The notes: a model not told the origin generated them from the letters alone. Counted from the first letter of the stretch, positions 21,143 through 30,342 are shown. The stretch: 64,000 nt of DNA from Candidatus Woesearchaeota archaeon (GCA_016188045.1 JACPIM010000006.1:26137-90136), one strand, 5' to 3'. Made by a program: numbers and translations.

Positions 21143-21338
21143 TTTTTAAACTATTATTTCTTTATAAAATTTCTAGCCATATTAACCTTTTAGTTATTTA
21201 ACTGTTAGTATTGCTGGGCTACATGTCAATTTATTAGAATCTAAAATAATACCTGCATTAAAAGAACAAAAAGCATTTGAATATCAAGGTGTTATTTATA
21301 TTCCAGTTGCTGCCTCAACTTTAAAACTTGTTAACTAA

Positions 21339-21878
21339 TCATCTTTTCTTTTTTCTTCTAATTTTCTTCCTTTTTATAAATAAAGTATATAAAAGTAGCA
21401 GTATAAATACTATAAAAAATAACAAAAAATAAGAATTATTACCTTTATTAGTTTTTATTTCTTCATTAACTTTAACTTCAGTTTCACATTCTTTTTCTTC
21501 AATAGGTTTACTAATACTAGTATTACATTTCTCAAAATCATGGCAATTTCTTTTTTGTTCATTATTAACACATTCTCTCCAATCCTCACAAATCCAATAC
21601 TCATTACATTTAACTATCCCATCAGTAGGTTTATTATCTATAATCTCTTCATTAGGTAATTTATTTCCACCACCAGAACCACCCCCACCTCCACTTCCAC
21701 CACCAGAACCTCCGGGAATGAAACATTCACCACAATCAAATTTGCAATTACTGCAACTTTCATTTATATTACAAATTCCATCACCACAACCAGAAACAAC
21801 AACATTAGAAGGAACATCAATAACAGAATACACAAAAACAGAGTTCAGAATAATAATCAAAAAAATTATTTTAAACAT
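21339..21878 (-). CDS. Cys-rich secreted/surface protein with a Gly-rich linker and C-terminal TM anchor
   Basis: N-terminal signal peptide, GGSGGGSGGGGGSGGG linker, many Cys residues, C-terminal hydrophobic helix plus RKKIRRKKKR. Confidence 0.4.
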   Translation of the reverse strand: MFKIIFLIIILNSVFVYSVIDVPSNVVVSGCGDGICNINESCSNCKFDCGECFIPGGSGGGSGGGGGSGGGNKLPNEEIIDNKPTDGIVKCNEYWICEDWRECVNNEQKRNCHDFEKCNTSISKPIEEKECETEVKVNEEIKTNKGNNSYFLLFFIVFILLLLYTLFIKRKKIRRKKKR

Positions 21879-22458
21879 TTACATATTTTTTTCTTCTTGT
21901 AAAAAACATAATTCCCACTATTATTAATATTAATATTAAAATTCCAACATAAAGTTCAATATAGCTTCTCCCTTGTTGATTGCACTTAATTCTTATTTCT
22001 AAAGGCACAGAAGCAGAAACAGTAGCAGTTGAGCCACTTCCAGCGCTAACTTCAGTTCCGCTTCCAGTAGCTATTACTTCACCTTTATAATTAACTTCAC
22101 CTAGACTACAGGTTTGCTCACACATTATTCCAGCGATTAAACAATCATCTTTGTAGACTTTAGGAATATCAAAGCACAACTTAACAGGAACTGAATTAGT
22201 ATTTGGCGTATTTGCCTTTACAAAAACAGTTTCACTTTCTTTAACTCTTATTACTTCTTGTAATTCTTTAGAAACACCTAATTGAGCATTGATATCTTCA
22301 TCCCAAGGATTATAAATCCCGTAATCCAAGCAAACAGGAGTTTTTTCATCAACATAAGCAGATTCACTAGTCCATTTAATTCCAACCCCTTTCAAAGCAA
22401 AACCACTAGGAACTAATAAAATGAGCAATAAAGAAAAAATAATTATTTTTGATTTCAT
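21871..22458 (-). CDS. secreted/surface protein with a C-terminal TM anchor
   Basis: Signal peptide MKSKIIIFSLLLILLVPSGFA and a C-terminal TM helix followed by RRKK. Confidence 0.4.
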   Translation of the reverse strand: MKSKIIIFSLLLILLVPSGFALKGVGIKWTSESAYVDEKTPVCLDYGIYNPWDEDINAQLGVSKELQEVIRVKESETVFVKANTPNTNSVPVKLCFDIPKVYKDDCLIAGIMCEQTCSLGEVNYKGEVIATGSGTEVSAGSGSTATVSASVPLEIRIKCNQQGRSYIELYVGILILILIIVGIMFFTRRKKYVNV

Positions 22459-22507
22459 CTTACCTCTTTTTAATAAATTCCTTTTTTTCGTTTCACAATA
22501 TTATTCT

Positions 22508-22541
22508 TTCCGCGAGCGCCCTTTAAAGAGCTCTAAGAAAG
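22508..22541 (-). promoter_or_regulatory. conserved promoter-like element copy A (minus-strand reading CTTAGAGCTCTTTAAAGGGCGCTCGCGGAAAG)
   Basis: One of three copies sharing CTTAGRGCYC-TTTAARG-GCGYTCGCGGAAA. Lies about 50-80 nt upstream of ATG 22458. Confidence 0.4.
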
Positions 22542-22544
22542 ACT

Positions 22545-23111
22545 TTAGCATACATTACCAGTTTGAACTCCCTTAAAACTTATGGTGTTAGTATAAGTAC
22601 CCGCTGCTTGGCTTCCAGGAACACTTAACCAAAATCTATAATAATCAGAATTGCCAGGCACAATGTTTGTGTCTGCACCAAAATAAACTAAATCAATAGC
22701 AATTGCACTAGTTAGTAAAGGATTAGTTATATCGCTATCCCATTTATAACTGGCTAAAGGAATAGTATTTAACCCGCTAGTTAATGGTGCACTTGCCTTT
22801 ACACAAAGATCAACATTAACATTAGAATCACTAGATACAGTAATAAAATAATTGCTTGTTCCAGCTTGATTATTTCCATCAGCATTTACATCTACATCCC
22901 CTGGATTTAAACCGCTCCATTTAATTCCGTCAGTTGTTAATGCATTAGACGCCGCTATTGCAAAATAATTTGCAATTAAAGCACTAGAACCAACTTGAAT
23001 TTCAGTAGCAGAACCAGTCAATTCATTATTTTTGCCAAAAGAAGGATAATATATTAACACTAAAGCAGCCAAAATTATTAATACAACCGCTATTAAATTA
23101 TTGCTATTCAT
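22545..23111 (-). CDS. secreted protein, paralogous C-terminal domain with 23159..24742
   Basis: N-terminal hydrophobic signal. C-terminal YYRFWLSVPGSQAAGTYTNTISFKGVQTGNVC aligns with YLKFYLTVPGSQSPGNYINLLDFKAVPTGVVP of the neighbouring gene. Confidence 0.4.
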   Translation of the reverse strand: MNSNNLIAVVLIILAALVLIYYPSFGKNNELTGSATEIQVGSSALIANYFAIAASNALTTDGIKWSGLNPGDVDVNADGNNQAGTSNYFITVSSDSNVNVDLCVKASAPLTSGLNTIPLASYKWDSDITNPLLTSAIAIDLVYFGADTNIVPGNSDYYRFWLSVPGSQAAGTYTNTISFKGVQTGNVC

Positions 23112-23158
23112 TATTTATTAAAGGCAGTTTTAATTATAAAAACCTTTTGATTTAACTT

Positions 23159-24742
23159 CTAAGGAACTACGCCGGTAGGAACAGCCTTAAAATCTAATAA
23201 ATTAATATAATTCCCAGGAGATTGACTACCAGGAACAGTTAAATAAAATTTCAAATAGATTCTATCTCCATTCACTAAATTATCTCCAATTTTATTATCA
23301 ATGTAATTCAAGGTTATAGGATTTTTAACTCCAGTTAAAACTTTGCTGTCAGTTATAGAAGAGCTAACTTTTTCATTTCCTAAAAAAATAGAATTACTTC
23401 CAGAGATTAAATCACCATTTCCTTTCAAATAAACATCAACATTAGTTCCCTCTGCGTTTACATCTATATAGTACAAGGTATCTCCATCATTCCCAATAGC
23501 ATCAAAATCACTTACAGGTAAAGTTTGAATATTCCACTTAATCCCATTACTAAGTTCATTTGAAATACCAATTCCTAAATTAGAAGAAACACCATAATCT
23601 ATTACACATCTGATTTTATCGACATAAATAAAGTCTGAATTTGATTTTCCTCCATTGTTAACAGTAATAAACAAAGTATTTATATCATTAACAGTTAATC
23701 CTTTATTTTGTAAATTAGTTAAAGAAATAATATTCTCACTAGCAGATCTTACAATATTGGAACTATCAATTAAGTTGCCTTTTTTTCTATTATAAATTTG
23801 AAATCTGCCATTATTATTAATATTGGCTGAGGTATAATAGTATAGCTCACAAAAAGCATTATTTATTATATTAGCAATTAAGCCAGTATCACTTAATTCA
23901 GATTCCAATTTAGCTCCCTTTTTCATACTTAGATATGAATTATCATCGCTTCTAATTAAGTCAACTTGATTTTGAGTTAATTGCGCGTTATTCAACCTTG
24001 TATTAACATGCACAATAGGCAACAATTCTTCAACTATGTTTGTAGGATCAGCAACAATAACAAACCAATCATCACTTCTACTATTTAATTCAGTAAAAAA
24101 TAAATATTTTGTGCTGGGTAAAGTTTTCTCAGGAGATTTTATCACATAAGTTTTAGAAACTATTCCGTCAGAATTCACATTCCAAATTAGTTTATTAAAC
24201 TTTGAATCATAACTGCTAACTATCCCACCATTTTCATCTACAATTATCCAGTCTTTTTCAAAATAATCAACTAAATTTCCATTGCCATTAAATCCATCAG
24301 CACTAATTGTCATTTCAACATCAGTCAAAGGCGGAGCTTTATGATTGCCACATTTATTGCAATTTAAAATTCTGCTAAAAACAATTTTGCTTTGTACATT
24401 AAAATCGGCTTTTATATAATCATTAATACTGTAATCATAAACCATAACATAATAATCTCCATTCCAGTTTAAAGGTATATCATATCTTACCCTAACAGCA
24501 TTATGACAAATAACATTTTTACAGTTTCTAAGAACAATTGTGTCTTGTAAAACATTTTCACTATTATAGACATAAATATATTTGTAAATCCCATTTTTAT
24601 CGGGATTTAGAAATAAAGTTAAAACCTCACCAGCATTATACTGGCTGCTTGGCTCGAAATTAACTTGTGCCATTCCAAATACATAGATAACATTAATAAA
24701 CAAAATAAAAATTACAAGAAAAAATATTTTTCTAGCATTCAT
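23159..24742 (-). CDS. large secreted protein (527 aa) with the shared C-terminal domain
   Basis: Signal peptide MNARKIFFLVIFILFINVIYVFG. Asn/Ser-rich. Confidence 0.45.
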   Translation of the reverse strand: MNARKIFFLVIFILFINVIYVFGMAQVNFEPSSQYNAGEVLTLFLNPDKNGIYKYIYVYNSENVLQDTIVLRNCKNVICHNAVRVRYDIPLNWNGDYYVMVYDYSINDYIKADFNVQSKIVFSRILNCNKCGNHKAPPLTDVEMTISADGFNGNGNLVDYFEKDWIIVDENGGIVSSYDSKFNKLIWNVNSDGIVSKTYVIKSPEKTLPSTKYLFFTELNSRSDDWFVIVADPTNIVEELLPIVHVNTRLNNAQLTQNQVDLIRSDDNSYLSMKKGAKLESELSDTGLIANIINNAFCELYYYTSANINNNGRFQIYNRKKGNLIDSSNIVRSASENIISLTNLQNKGLTVNDINTLFITVNNGGKSNSDFIYVDKIRCVIDYGVSSNLGIGISNELSNGIKWNIQTLPVSDFDAIGNDGDTLYYIDVNAEGTNVDVYLKGNGDLISGSNSIFLGNEKVSSSITDSKVLTGVKNPITLNYIDNKIGDNLVNGDRIYLKFYLTVPGSQSPGNYINLLDFKAVPTGVVP

Positions 24743-25175
24743 TTAACTTATACCCCCCTAGATTAGAATCACATATGTATTGCTTATTATTCATATTAAA
24801 TTTTGGTAATATCACAACCTTGTCTAGTTTTCCCATGAACTCTTCATAAGGCAGGTTAATTTCCTTAGTTCCAAAACCACCCAGTAAAGTTAATGGTACA
24901 CTAGGAATATCATAAACTTCATTCCCATATATTTTAAACAAAAAGCCATTATTTACATCAATATTCCCATTATTTTCTATCTTAATAATGATTTTTTCTT
25001 TATTATAACAAGCGCTTTTTACATCTATCTTTACTTCATCACACGGATTTTCTCCAAGATTAGAAACATATTTTTTAACATCAAAAGCAAAAAATACAAT
25101 AACAAATAAAACTACAATAATTAAAATTACTAAAACTGCTCCAACAAGTTCACTAATACCCCTTTTTTGCATCAA
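24732..25175 (-). CDS. archaeal type IV pilin-like protein (class III signal peptide)
   Basis: MMQKRGISELVGAVLVILIIVVLFVIVF has a KRG/IS prepilin-peptidase-type cleavage motif followed by a hydrophobic helix. Confidence 0.5.
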   Translation of the reverse strand: MMQKRGISELVGAVLVILIIVVLFVIVFFAFDVKKYVSNLGENPCDEVKIDVKSACYNKEKIIIKIENNGNIDVNNGFLFKIYGNEVYDIPSVPLTLLGGFGTKEINLPYEEFMGKLDKVVILPKFNMNNKQYICDSNLGGYKLNEC

Positions 25176-25207
25176 TTATAAAAGCAGTTCAAGATATAAA
25201 TAATTTG

Positions 25208-25909
25208 CTAATAGCTCCCGTGCCTATCAGTTATACTTACAACTTTCAATCGATTATAATTATAATTCATAACTGCCAACATATTACTTGTTCTGCCGGC
25301 ATTCCTTATTGTTGTACCAAGATCCATGTCTATGGCACTAATAGTATAACCACTATGCTCTTTAATTGGAAACAAAGCATAAGCTTCCCATCCAATAAGA
25401 TCTTTAGGTACTTGTCCTTTAAATAATATTTTTTTTGGTATTACTAAATAAACACCATAAGAAACTGGACCTTCTGATTGAATAGTAGAGTAAACCTGAT
25501 TATACACATTAGGTAAACTTAATCTTATGTCATCTCCCCCACCATCTTTCAAATCATGATCATATTCTACTATAAATCCATTAACAACCACATTGGTTCT
25601 TCCGCTACCTTCGATAGTAGTCCATTCAGAATCGGTGCTTGTTTGATCAACTAATTCATCTACATTATCAACATCATCCCATTCAACAACTCTTTGAGGA
25701 TATGGGCTATTTCCAGTAGGTAATGGTTCATCAGGAACATAAGGAGGATAATTAGGCACATAAAAGCCAGGAACAGGTTGATCTCCAGTAATAAGTTGCT
25801 CAATCGCTCTTTCTATCCCGCTGCTTGTACAAGAAGAGCCAAAAAGACCGACACCTATTCCGCTAGCAATTGCTAGTCTTCTTAATAATCCAAGTTTTTT
25901 GGTTCTCAT
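25208..25909 (-). CDS. secreted protein with a lipoprotein-like signal
   Basis: MRTKKLGLLRRLAIASGIGVGLFGSSC has a signal peptide with a Cys after the hydrophobic core. Confidence 0.35.
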   Translation of the reverse strand: MRTKKLGLLRRLAIASGIGVGLFGSSCTSSGIERAIEQLITGDQPVPGFYVPNYPPYVPDEPLPTGNSPYPQRVVEWDDVDNVDELVDQTSTDSEWTTIEGSGRTNVVVNGFIVEYDHDLKDGGGDDIRLSLPNVYNQVYSTIQSEGPVSYGVYLVIPKKILFKGQVPKDLIGWEAYALFPIKEHSGYTISAIDMDLGTTIRNAGRTSNMLAVMNYNYNRLKVVSITDRHGSY

Positions 25910-26007
25910 ACTAATTTAAGATTAAGATAGATTATATAAATTATTTGTTATCACCTAACTAAATAAAAACAATATCATTTATAAACTTATGAACTAAAAA
26001 TTTAGTT

Positions 26008-26358
26008 ATGAAAACTATAATCTTAGACACAGATTTTATCTTAACATCAGTAAAATTTAAGATAGATATAAAAGAACAATTAAAACAATTATGTGACTTT
26101 AATTTCAATATTTCCTATTTGGATAAGACTTTAGATGAGCTAAAAAACAAGCCAAATGAAAATCTAGCAAAAACCTTGATTTCTAACTTCAATATAATAA
26201 AAACAACCAGAGACAAGTCAGTAGATGAATTAATCTTAGATATTTCAAACAGCAACACCATAATTGCCACCCAGGATAAAGAGCTAAAAGAAAAGCTTAA
26301 AAAGGGTAAAATTGCAGTCATTACTATTAGACAAAAAAAATATCTTGTTTTTGCATGA
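26008..26358 (+). CDS. PIN-domain protein (conserved neighbour of rpoE in archaea)
   Basis: MKTIILDTDFIL has the acidic N-terminal PIN signature. Position upstream of RpoE' and Spt4 matches the conserved archaeal arrangement. Confidence 0.45.
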   Translation: MKTIILDTDFILTSVKFKIDIKEQLKQLCDFNFNISYLDKTLDELKNKPNENLAKTLISNFNIIKTTRDKSVDELILDISNSNTIIATQDKELKEKLKKGKIAVITIRQKKYLVFA

Positions 26359-26368
26359 GGCATAGAAA

Positions 26369-26941
26369 ATGTTTTATGAAGTTGAAGTTAGGAGCCACAT
26401 TCGTGTTCCACCATCTAAATTTAAGAATGATATTAAAACTTCAATATTAGAAAGCCTAAACAACCAGTTCTCAAATTTTATATCAAAGGATTTGGGTCTT
26501 GTTGTAAGTGTTTCAGAAGTTATTTCAATAGGTGATGGGGTTTTAATACCTGGAGATGGAGCAGCTTATTACGACACAGTATTCAAATTAATTGTTTTTA
26601 AGCCGGAAATTCAAGAAGTAATTAACGGAACAATAACAGAGATAGCAGAATTTGGGGCCTTTATTGATATAGGACCAATAGATGGCATGATTCATATTTC
26701 ACAAACAATGGACGATTTTGTCTCATATAGCAAGGCAGGAGTTTTAACAGGAAAAGAAACAAAAAAGGTTCTAAAAGTAGGGGATAAATGCCGGGCTCGT
26801 ATTATTGCGGTCTCTTACAAAGAACTATTAAACCCAAAAATAGGATTAACAATGAGGCAGCCCTGGCTTGGGAATATTAATTGGATAGACGAGGATATTA
26901 AAAAACAGAAAAAAGAAGAAAAAGAAGAGAAGGAGAAATAA
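26369..26941 (+). CDS. rpoE: DNA-directed RNA polymerase subunit E' (Rpb7 homolog, S1 domain)
   Basis: MFYEVEVRSHIRVPPSKF is an Rpb7-like N-terminus. An S1 domain follows (GTITEIAEFGAFIDIGPIDGMIHIS). Confidence 0.8.
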   Translation: MFYEVEVRSHIRVPPSKFKNDIKTSILESLNNQFSNFISKDLGLVVSVSEVISIGDGVLIPGDGAAYYDTVFKLIVFKPEIQEVINGTITEIAEFGAFIDIGPIDGMIHISQTMDDFVSYSKAGVLTGKETKKVLKVGDKCRARIIAVSYKELLNPKIGLTMRQPWLGNINWIDEDIKKQKKEEKEEKEK

Positions 26942-27036
26942 AAAATAATTATCATTGGAGGTATCAGAATAGCGGTGGGTTGATAAGAATCCAAATAAAA
27001 TGGAATTAGTGGGTTGATAAGGGTTTACCCTTATAA

Positions 27037-27056
27037 CCGTAGGTGTCTATATGGCA
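27037..27056 (+). promoter_or_regulatory. shared 20-nt leader CCGTAGGTGTCTATATGGCA spanning the SD-like AGGTG and the start codon of spt4
   Basis: Identical apart from one base (CCGCAGG...) to the 20-mer at the S27ae start at 27638..27657. Confidence 0.4.
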
Positions 27057-27239
27057 ACAAAAAAAGTTTGCAAAAAATGTAAGTTGTTTGTTACAGGTCC
27101 ACAATGCCCAATTTGTCACGGTAATGAATTTACAGATAATTGGAAAGGAAAGCTAGTTATACTAGACCCAACCAAATCAGAGATAGCTAAAAAAATAGGT
27201 ATAAACGCAAAAGGGGAATATGCTATTAAAGTAAGATAA
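27051..27239 (+). CDS. spt4: transcription elongation factor Spt4 / RNAP subunit E''
   Basis: CKKCKLFVTGPQCPICHG zinc ribbon plus SEIAKKIGINAKGEYAIKV, matching archaeal Spt4. Confidence 0.8.
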   Translation: MATKKVCKKCKLFVTGPQCPICHGNEFTDNWKGKLVILDPTKSEIAKKIGINAKGEYAIKVR

Positions 27240-27240
27240 A

Positions 27241-27543
27241 ATGTTAAACCTTAAAATATTAAATGAAATTCAAAGAAAATTATTAGAAAGAAAAGAATTA
27301 GAGATTGAAGCAATCTTTGACGGTCCAACTCCTAAGAAACAAGATTTATTAAAAGAAATTGCTTCATTAACAAAATCAAAAGAAAACTTAATTGTTTTAA
27401 AAAGAATAAACCAACTTTATGGCGCTTCAAAGGCAAAAATTTTAGTTTATATTTACGGTTCAGAAGAAGCATTTAAAAAAACAGAGCCAAAGGAGAAAAA
27501 ACCAAAAGAGAAAAAAGAACAACCAAAACAAGAAACTAAATAA
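27241..27543 (+). CDS. rps24e: ribosomal protein S24e
   Basis: LLERKELEIEAIFDGPTPKKQDLLKEIA...AKILVYIYGSEEAFKKTEPK is an S24e-like pattern, in the conserved spt4-s24e-s27ae order. Confidence 0.7.
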   Translation: MLNLKILNEIQRKLLERKELEIEAIFDGPTPKKQDLLKEIASLTKSKENLIVLKRINQLYGASKAKILVYIYGSEEAFKKTEPKEKKPKEKKEQPKQETK

Positions 27544-27637
27544 AATGTAATTAATGGATTAATAATGGCTTACCATTATAACCAGAGGTAATTTAAAGGT
27601 AGTTCATAAGAACTAAATAAAAGGGAAGTAATAGAAA

Positions 27638-27657
27638 CCGCAGGTGTCTATATGGCA
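27638..27657 (+). promoter_or_regulatory. shared 20-nt leader CCGCAGGTGTCTATATGGCA at the S27ae start
   Basis: See 27037..27056. Confidence 0.4.
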
Positions 27658-27837
27658 AAGAAAAAAGTTAAAAACAAAAAACCAAGCAAAAAATATTCAA
27701 AATACAGAGTAGAAGGAAATAAATTAATTAGAGGTAAAACTTGCCCCAAATGTGGTGCTTCTTATTTTTTAGCAGAACACAAAAATAGGGTTTACTGCGG
27801 TAATTGTAAGTACACAGAATTTTCTCATAAAAAATAA
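27652..27837 (+). CDS. rps27ae: ribosomal protein S27ae (eS31)
   Basis: KVKNKKPSKKYSKYRVEGNKLIRGKTCPKCGASYFLAEHKNRVYCGNCKYTEF has the S27a zinc ribbon. Confidence 0.8.
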   Translation: MAKKKVKNKKPSKKYSKYRVEGNKLIRGKTCPKCGASYFLAEHKNRVYCGNCKYTEFSHKK

Positions 27838-27840
27838 TTA

Positions 27841-28044
27841 TTAAAAAATCTTCTTGTAAAAAATATAAATTCCAATAATTACCAGAATTAAACTTAAAAT
27901 AGGAAAAGTCCCATATCCAAAAATCATATTCTTGCTGGTATAAGCAGTATAGCTTGGTTCAATAAAAATCAGCAAAGTTGCAAATAACAAAATAAATATA
28001 GATAAGATAATGTGCTCGTTCCTCCTGCTGTACTTATTTGCCAC
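27841..28044 (-). CDS. small membrane protein (2 TM)
   Basis: 67 aa with two hydrophobic helices. Confidence 0.3.
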   Translation of the reverse strand: MANKYSRRNEHIILSIFILLFATLLIFIEPSYTAYTSKNMIFGYGTFPILSLILVIIGIYIFYKKIF

Positions 28045-28087
28045 AAAAATATCTATTATTTACAAGTTTATATTGTTTTGCATCTAT

Positions 28088-28306
28088 CTAATAAAACCTA
28101 TAGTTTTCTTCACCTATATCTACTAAATTGGCTGCCTTTAGGTATTCTTCAAAATTTTTCTTAATAATAATATCATCCTTAACTAAATCTCCGCAATAGC
28201 CACAGTAAAAATACGCCCTATTTTCCTCCGCGTTTAGAACAATCTTTGTCTCTTTATGGCACTTTTCACAATCGATTATTATAATATTGTTTTCTTTTCT
28301 TATCAT
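28088..28306 (-). CDS. small zinc-ribbon protein
   Basis: CEKCHK ... CGYCGD four-Cys pattern. Confidence 0.35.
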   Translation of the reverse strand: MIRKENNIIIIDCEKCHKETKIVLNAEENRAYFYCGYCGDLVKDDIIIKKNFEEYLKAANLVDIGEENYRFY

Positions 28307-28616
28307 AAACCCACCACAAAATACAAGGTTTCTATAAAAAGTAATCAGAACTAATTATTGCATACAATTATCTCTCGTTAATCTTAGTCTATTATCTAGA
28401 TTAATAAACCTTGTTTATATAAAATATATAGAATTAAACCCTGGGGAGCTAAATCCGAAGACAAGCTCCCTGGGAAAAAAGAGGTGATAAGACTTTATAA
28501 CTTATGAACTTATATATAAATTTTTCTATAGAAACTACTTTAAAATGATAACAAAACAAAGATATTTAGAATATAGACATAATTAACCAAATATCGCAAA
28601 AGTAGAGATAACTAAA

Positions 28617-29942
28617 CTACACAATCTTTACTTTCTGCCCATCATTTAAGATATGTATCTTGTCTTCTCTATATCCAAGTTCTAACCACAATTCCTTGGC
28701 CGGGCTTGTAACATTTCTCCCGCCATGCGCAGGTATCAAATGCTCTGGTCTTATTAATTTAATTAATTCTCTTCCATCTTCCTTAAAACCATGTCCAGAA
28801 ACGTGGATATCTAAAAACAACCGGCATCCAAGTTTATTCAATTTTTCCTCTAATTTTTTCCTGTTTTTAATGTTTTCTTCAGTCGGTATGGTCTTGCAAG
28901 AAAAAATAACAAAATCATCTTTTTTAAACTTAAAATGAAAAACATCATTTGCAATTTTAGTTAATGTGCTTCCAGGTTCAGCTTGATTTCCAGTACATAC
29001 TATTAAATATCTGCTGGCACCTTCCCTATCAATTTGTTTTAATTTTTTTCTTATTTTCTGGGCATAAGCAACAATTTCAACTTTTTTAGAAAAATTTATT
29101 ATTCCAACATCTTCAGCAGCCCTTACATATCTATTTAAGCTTCTTCCTAAAAAAACAACCTTTCTCCCCAATTTATTTCCAAATTCAACTATGCTCTTCA
29201 ATCTTGCAATATGAGAAGAAAAAGTAGTAACAACTATAGCTTTTCCTTTATTATCCGTCTCCAATAAAACTTCTCTTAGCATTTCTCTTGCAACTTTTTC
29301 ACTTGGAGTTTTTGAATTTTCTTTAGAATACAAACTGTCTAAGAAAAGAACTTTTACATCTTCTAGTTTTCCAATTGTTTCATAATTAGGTTTATTTCCC
29401 AAAACAGGAGTATTATCTAATTTAAAATCCAAAGAATAAGCAACCTTACCATATTTTGTATGTAAAACAGATAAAGCTGTTTGCGGTATGGAATGAGTCA
29501 TATTAAAAAATTCAATTTTCAAATCTTTGCTGATTTTTAAGCTATTTCCAACATTCAATGATTTAAATTTATTATGTAATTTTTTCCCTTTATCTTTAAT
29601 AATAGAATCCAAAACCCTCATAGTATATGGTGTCCCTATTATTTTCGCGTTCTTGTATTTTTTAGCCAAGTGAACTACAGCACCAATATGATCAAGATGT
29701 CCATGTCCCAAAATAATTGCTTTTACTTTATCCCTATCATGATATAAAACAGAATCATCAGGTATTGCCTTTATTCTTCTCAAGTCCTCTTCAGAAAGTT
29801 TTTCTTGCTCGCTGTCTTCATAACCAACAATTGCAGGCAAATATAAACCAATATCAAATATGACTATTTCATCATCAACTTTAATAGCAGTCATATTCCT
29901 TCCAACTTCATTATAACCGCCAATAGCAATAACTTCAATCAT
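28617..29942 (-). CDS. rnj: beta-CASP metallo-beta-lactamase ribonuclease (archaeal RNase J-like)
   Basis: ILGHGHLDHIGA matches the MBL HxHxDH motif. Size and layout are like archaeal RNase J. Confidence 0.55.
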   Translation of the reverse strand: MIEVIAIGGYNEVGRNMTAIKVDDEIVIFDIGLYLPAIVGYEDSEQEKLSEEDLRRIKAIPDDSVLYHDRDKVKAIILGHGHLDHIGAVVHLAKKYKNAKIIGTPYTMRVLDSIIKDKGKKLHNKFKSLNVGNSLKISKDLKIEFFNMTHSIPQTALSVLHTKYGKVAYSLDFKLDNTPVLGNKPNYETIGKLEDVKVLFLDSLYSKENSKTPSEKVAREMLREVLLETDNKGKAIVVTTFSSHIARLKSIVEFGNKLGRKVVFLGRSLNRYVRAAEDVGIINFSKKVEIVAYAQKIRKKLKQIDREGASRYLIVCTGNQAEPGSTLTKIANDVFHFKFKKDDFVIFSCKTIPTEENIKNRKKLEEKLNKLGCRLFLDIHVSGHGFKEDGRELIKLIRPEHLIPAHGGRNVTSPAKELWLELGYREDKIHILNDGQKVKIV

Positions 29943-30040
29943 GATAAAAATAGATAATTATATTCTTATAAAACTATCTTTTTATTAATTATTACTTAGT
30001 TACCTATATCTTTTTAAATTATTATTAACTCATACTAAGT

Positions 30041-30331
30041 ATGGTACACTTAGAAACATTAGAAAGGATGAGGAAACATTTCAGAGAAAATCTTGAAGAA
30101 TATGTAAAAAATCATTCAGGACAATTTGTACTTATTGAGGGTTGTTCATTAAACCAACTAACCGTAACTTTCTATAGAACACAAGAAGAATTAAGAGTAG
30201 CAACAAAAAAATATGAGGGTCTTTATGGACCAACATTTTTAGTAGAGCAAATCCCAACCCAAATAAAAACTAAAACTAGGGAAGAAGAATTTCTTGAAAG
30301 ATTAATTGAGCTTACTGGACTTAGCCTATAG
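30041..30331 (+). CDS. hypothetical protein
   Basis: 96-aa ORF. Confidence 0.3.
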   Translation: MVHLETLERMRKHFRENLEEYVKNHSGQFVLIEGCSLNQLTVTFYRTQEELRVATKKYEGLYGPTFLVEQIPTQIKTKTREEEFLERLIELTGLSL

Positions 30332-30342
30332 TAAATAAATAA

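Noticed and set aside
21660-21720. Poly-purine/pyrimidine runs (CCACCACCAGAACCACCCCCACCTCC; a similar run at 47270..47320)
   Set aside because: They are coding sequence for Gly/Ser-rich linkers of surface proteins on the minus strand, not repeat elements.
28440-28480. Hairpin GGGGAGCT-N13-AGCTCCC in the intergenic region downstream of RNase J
   Set aside because: It could be a simple transcription terminator-like stem. It is a single copy with no further support.
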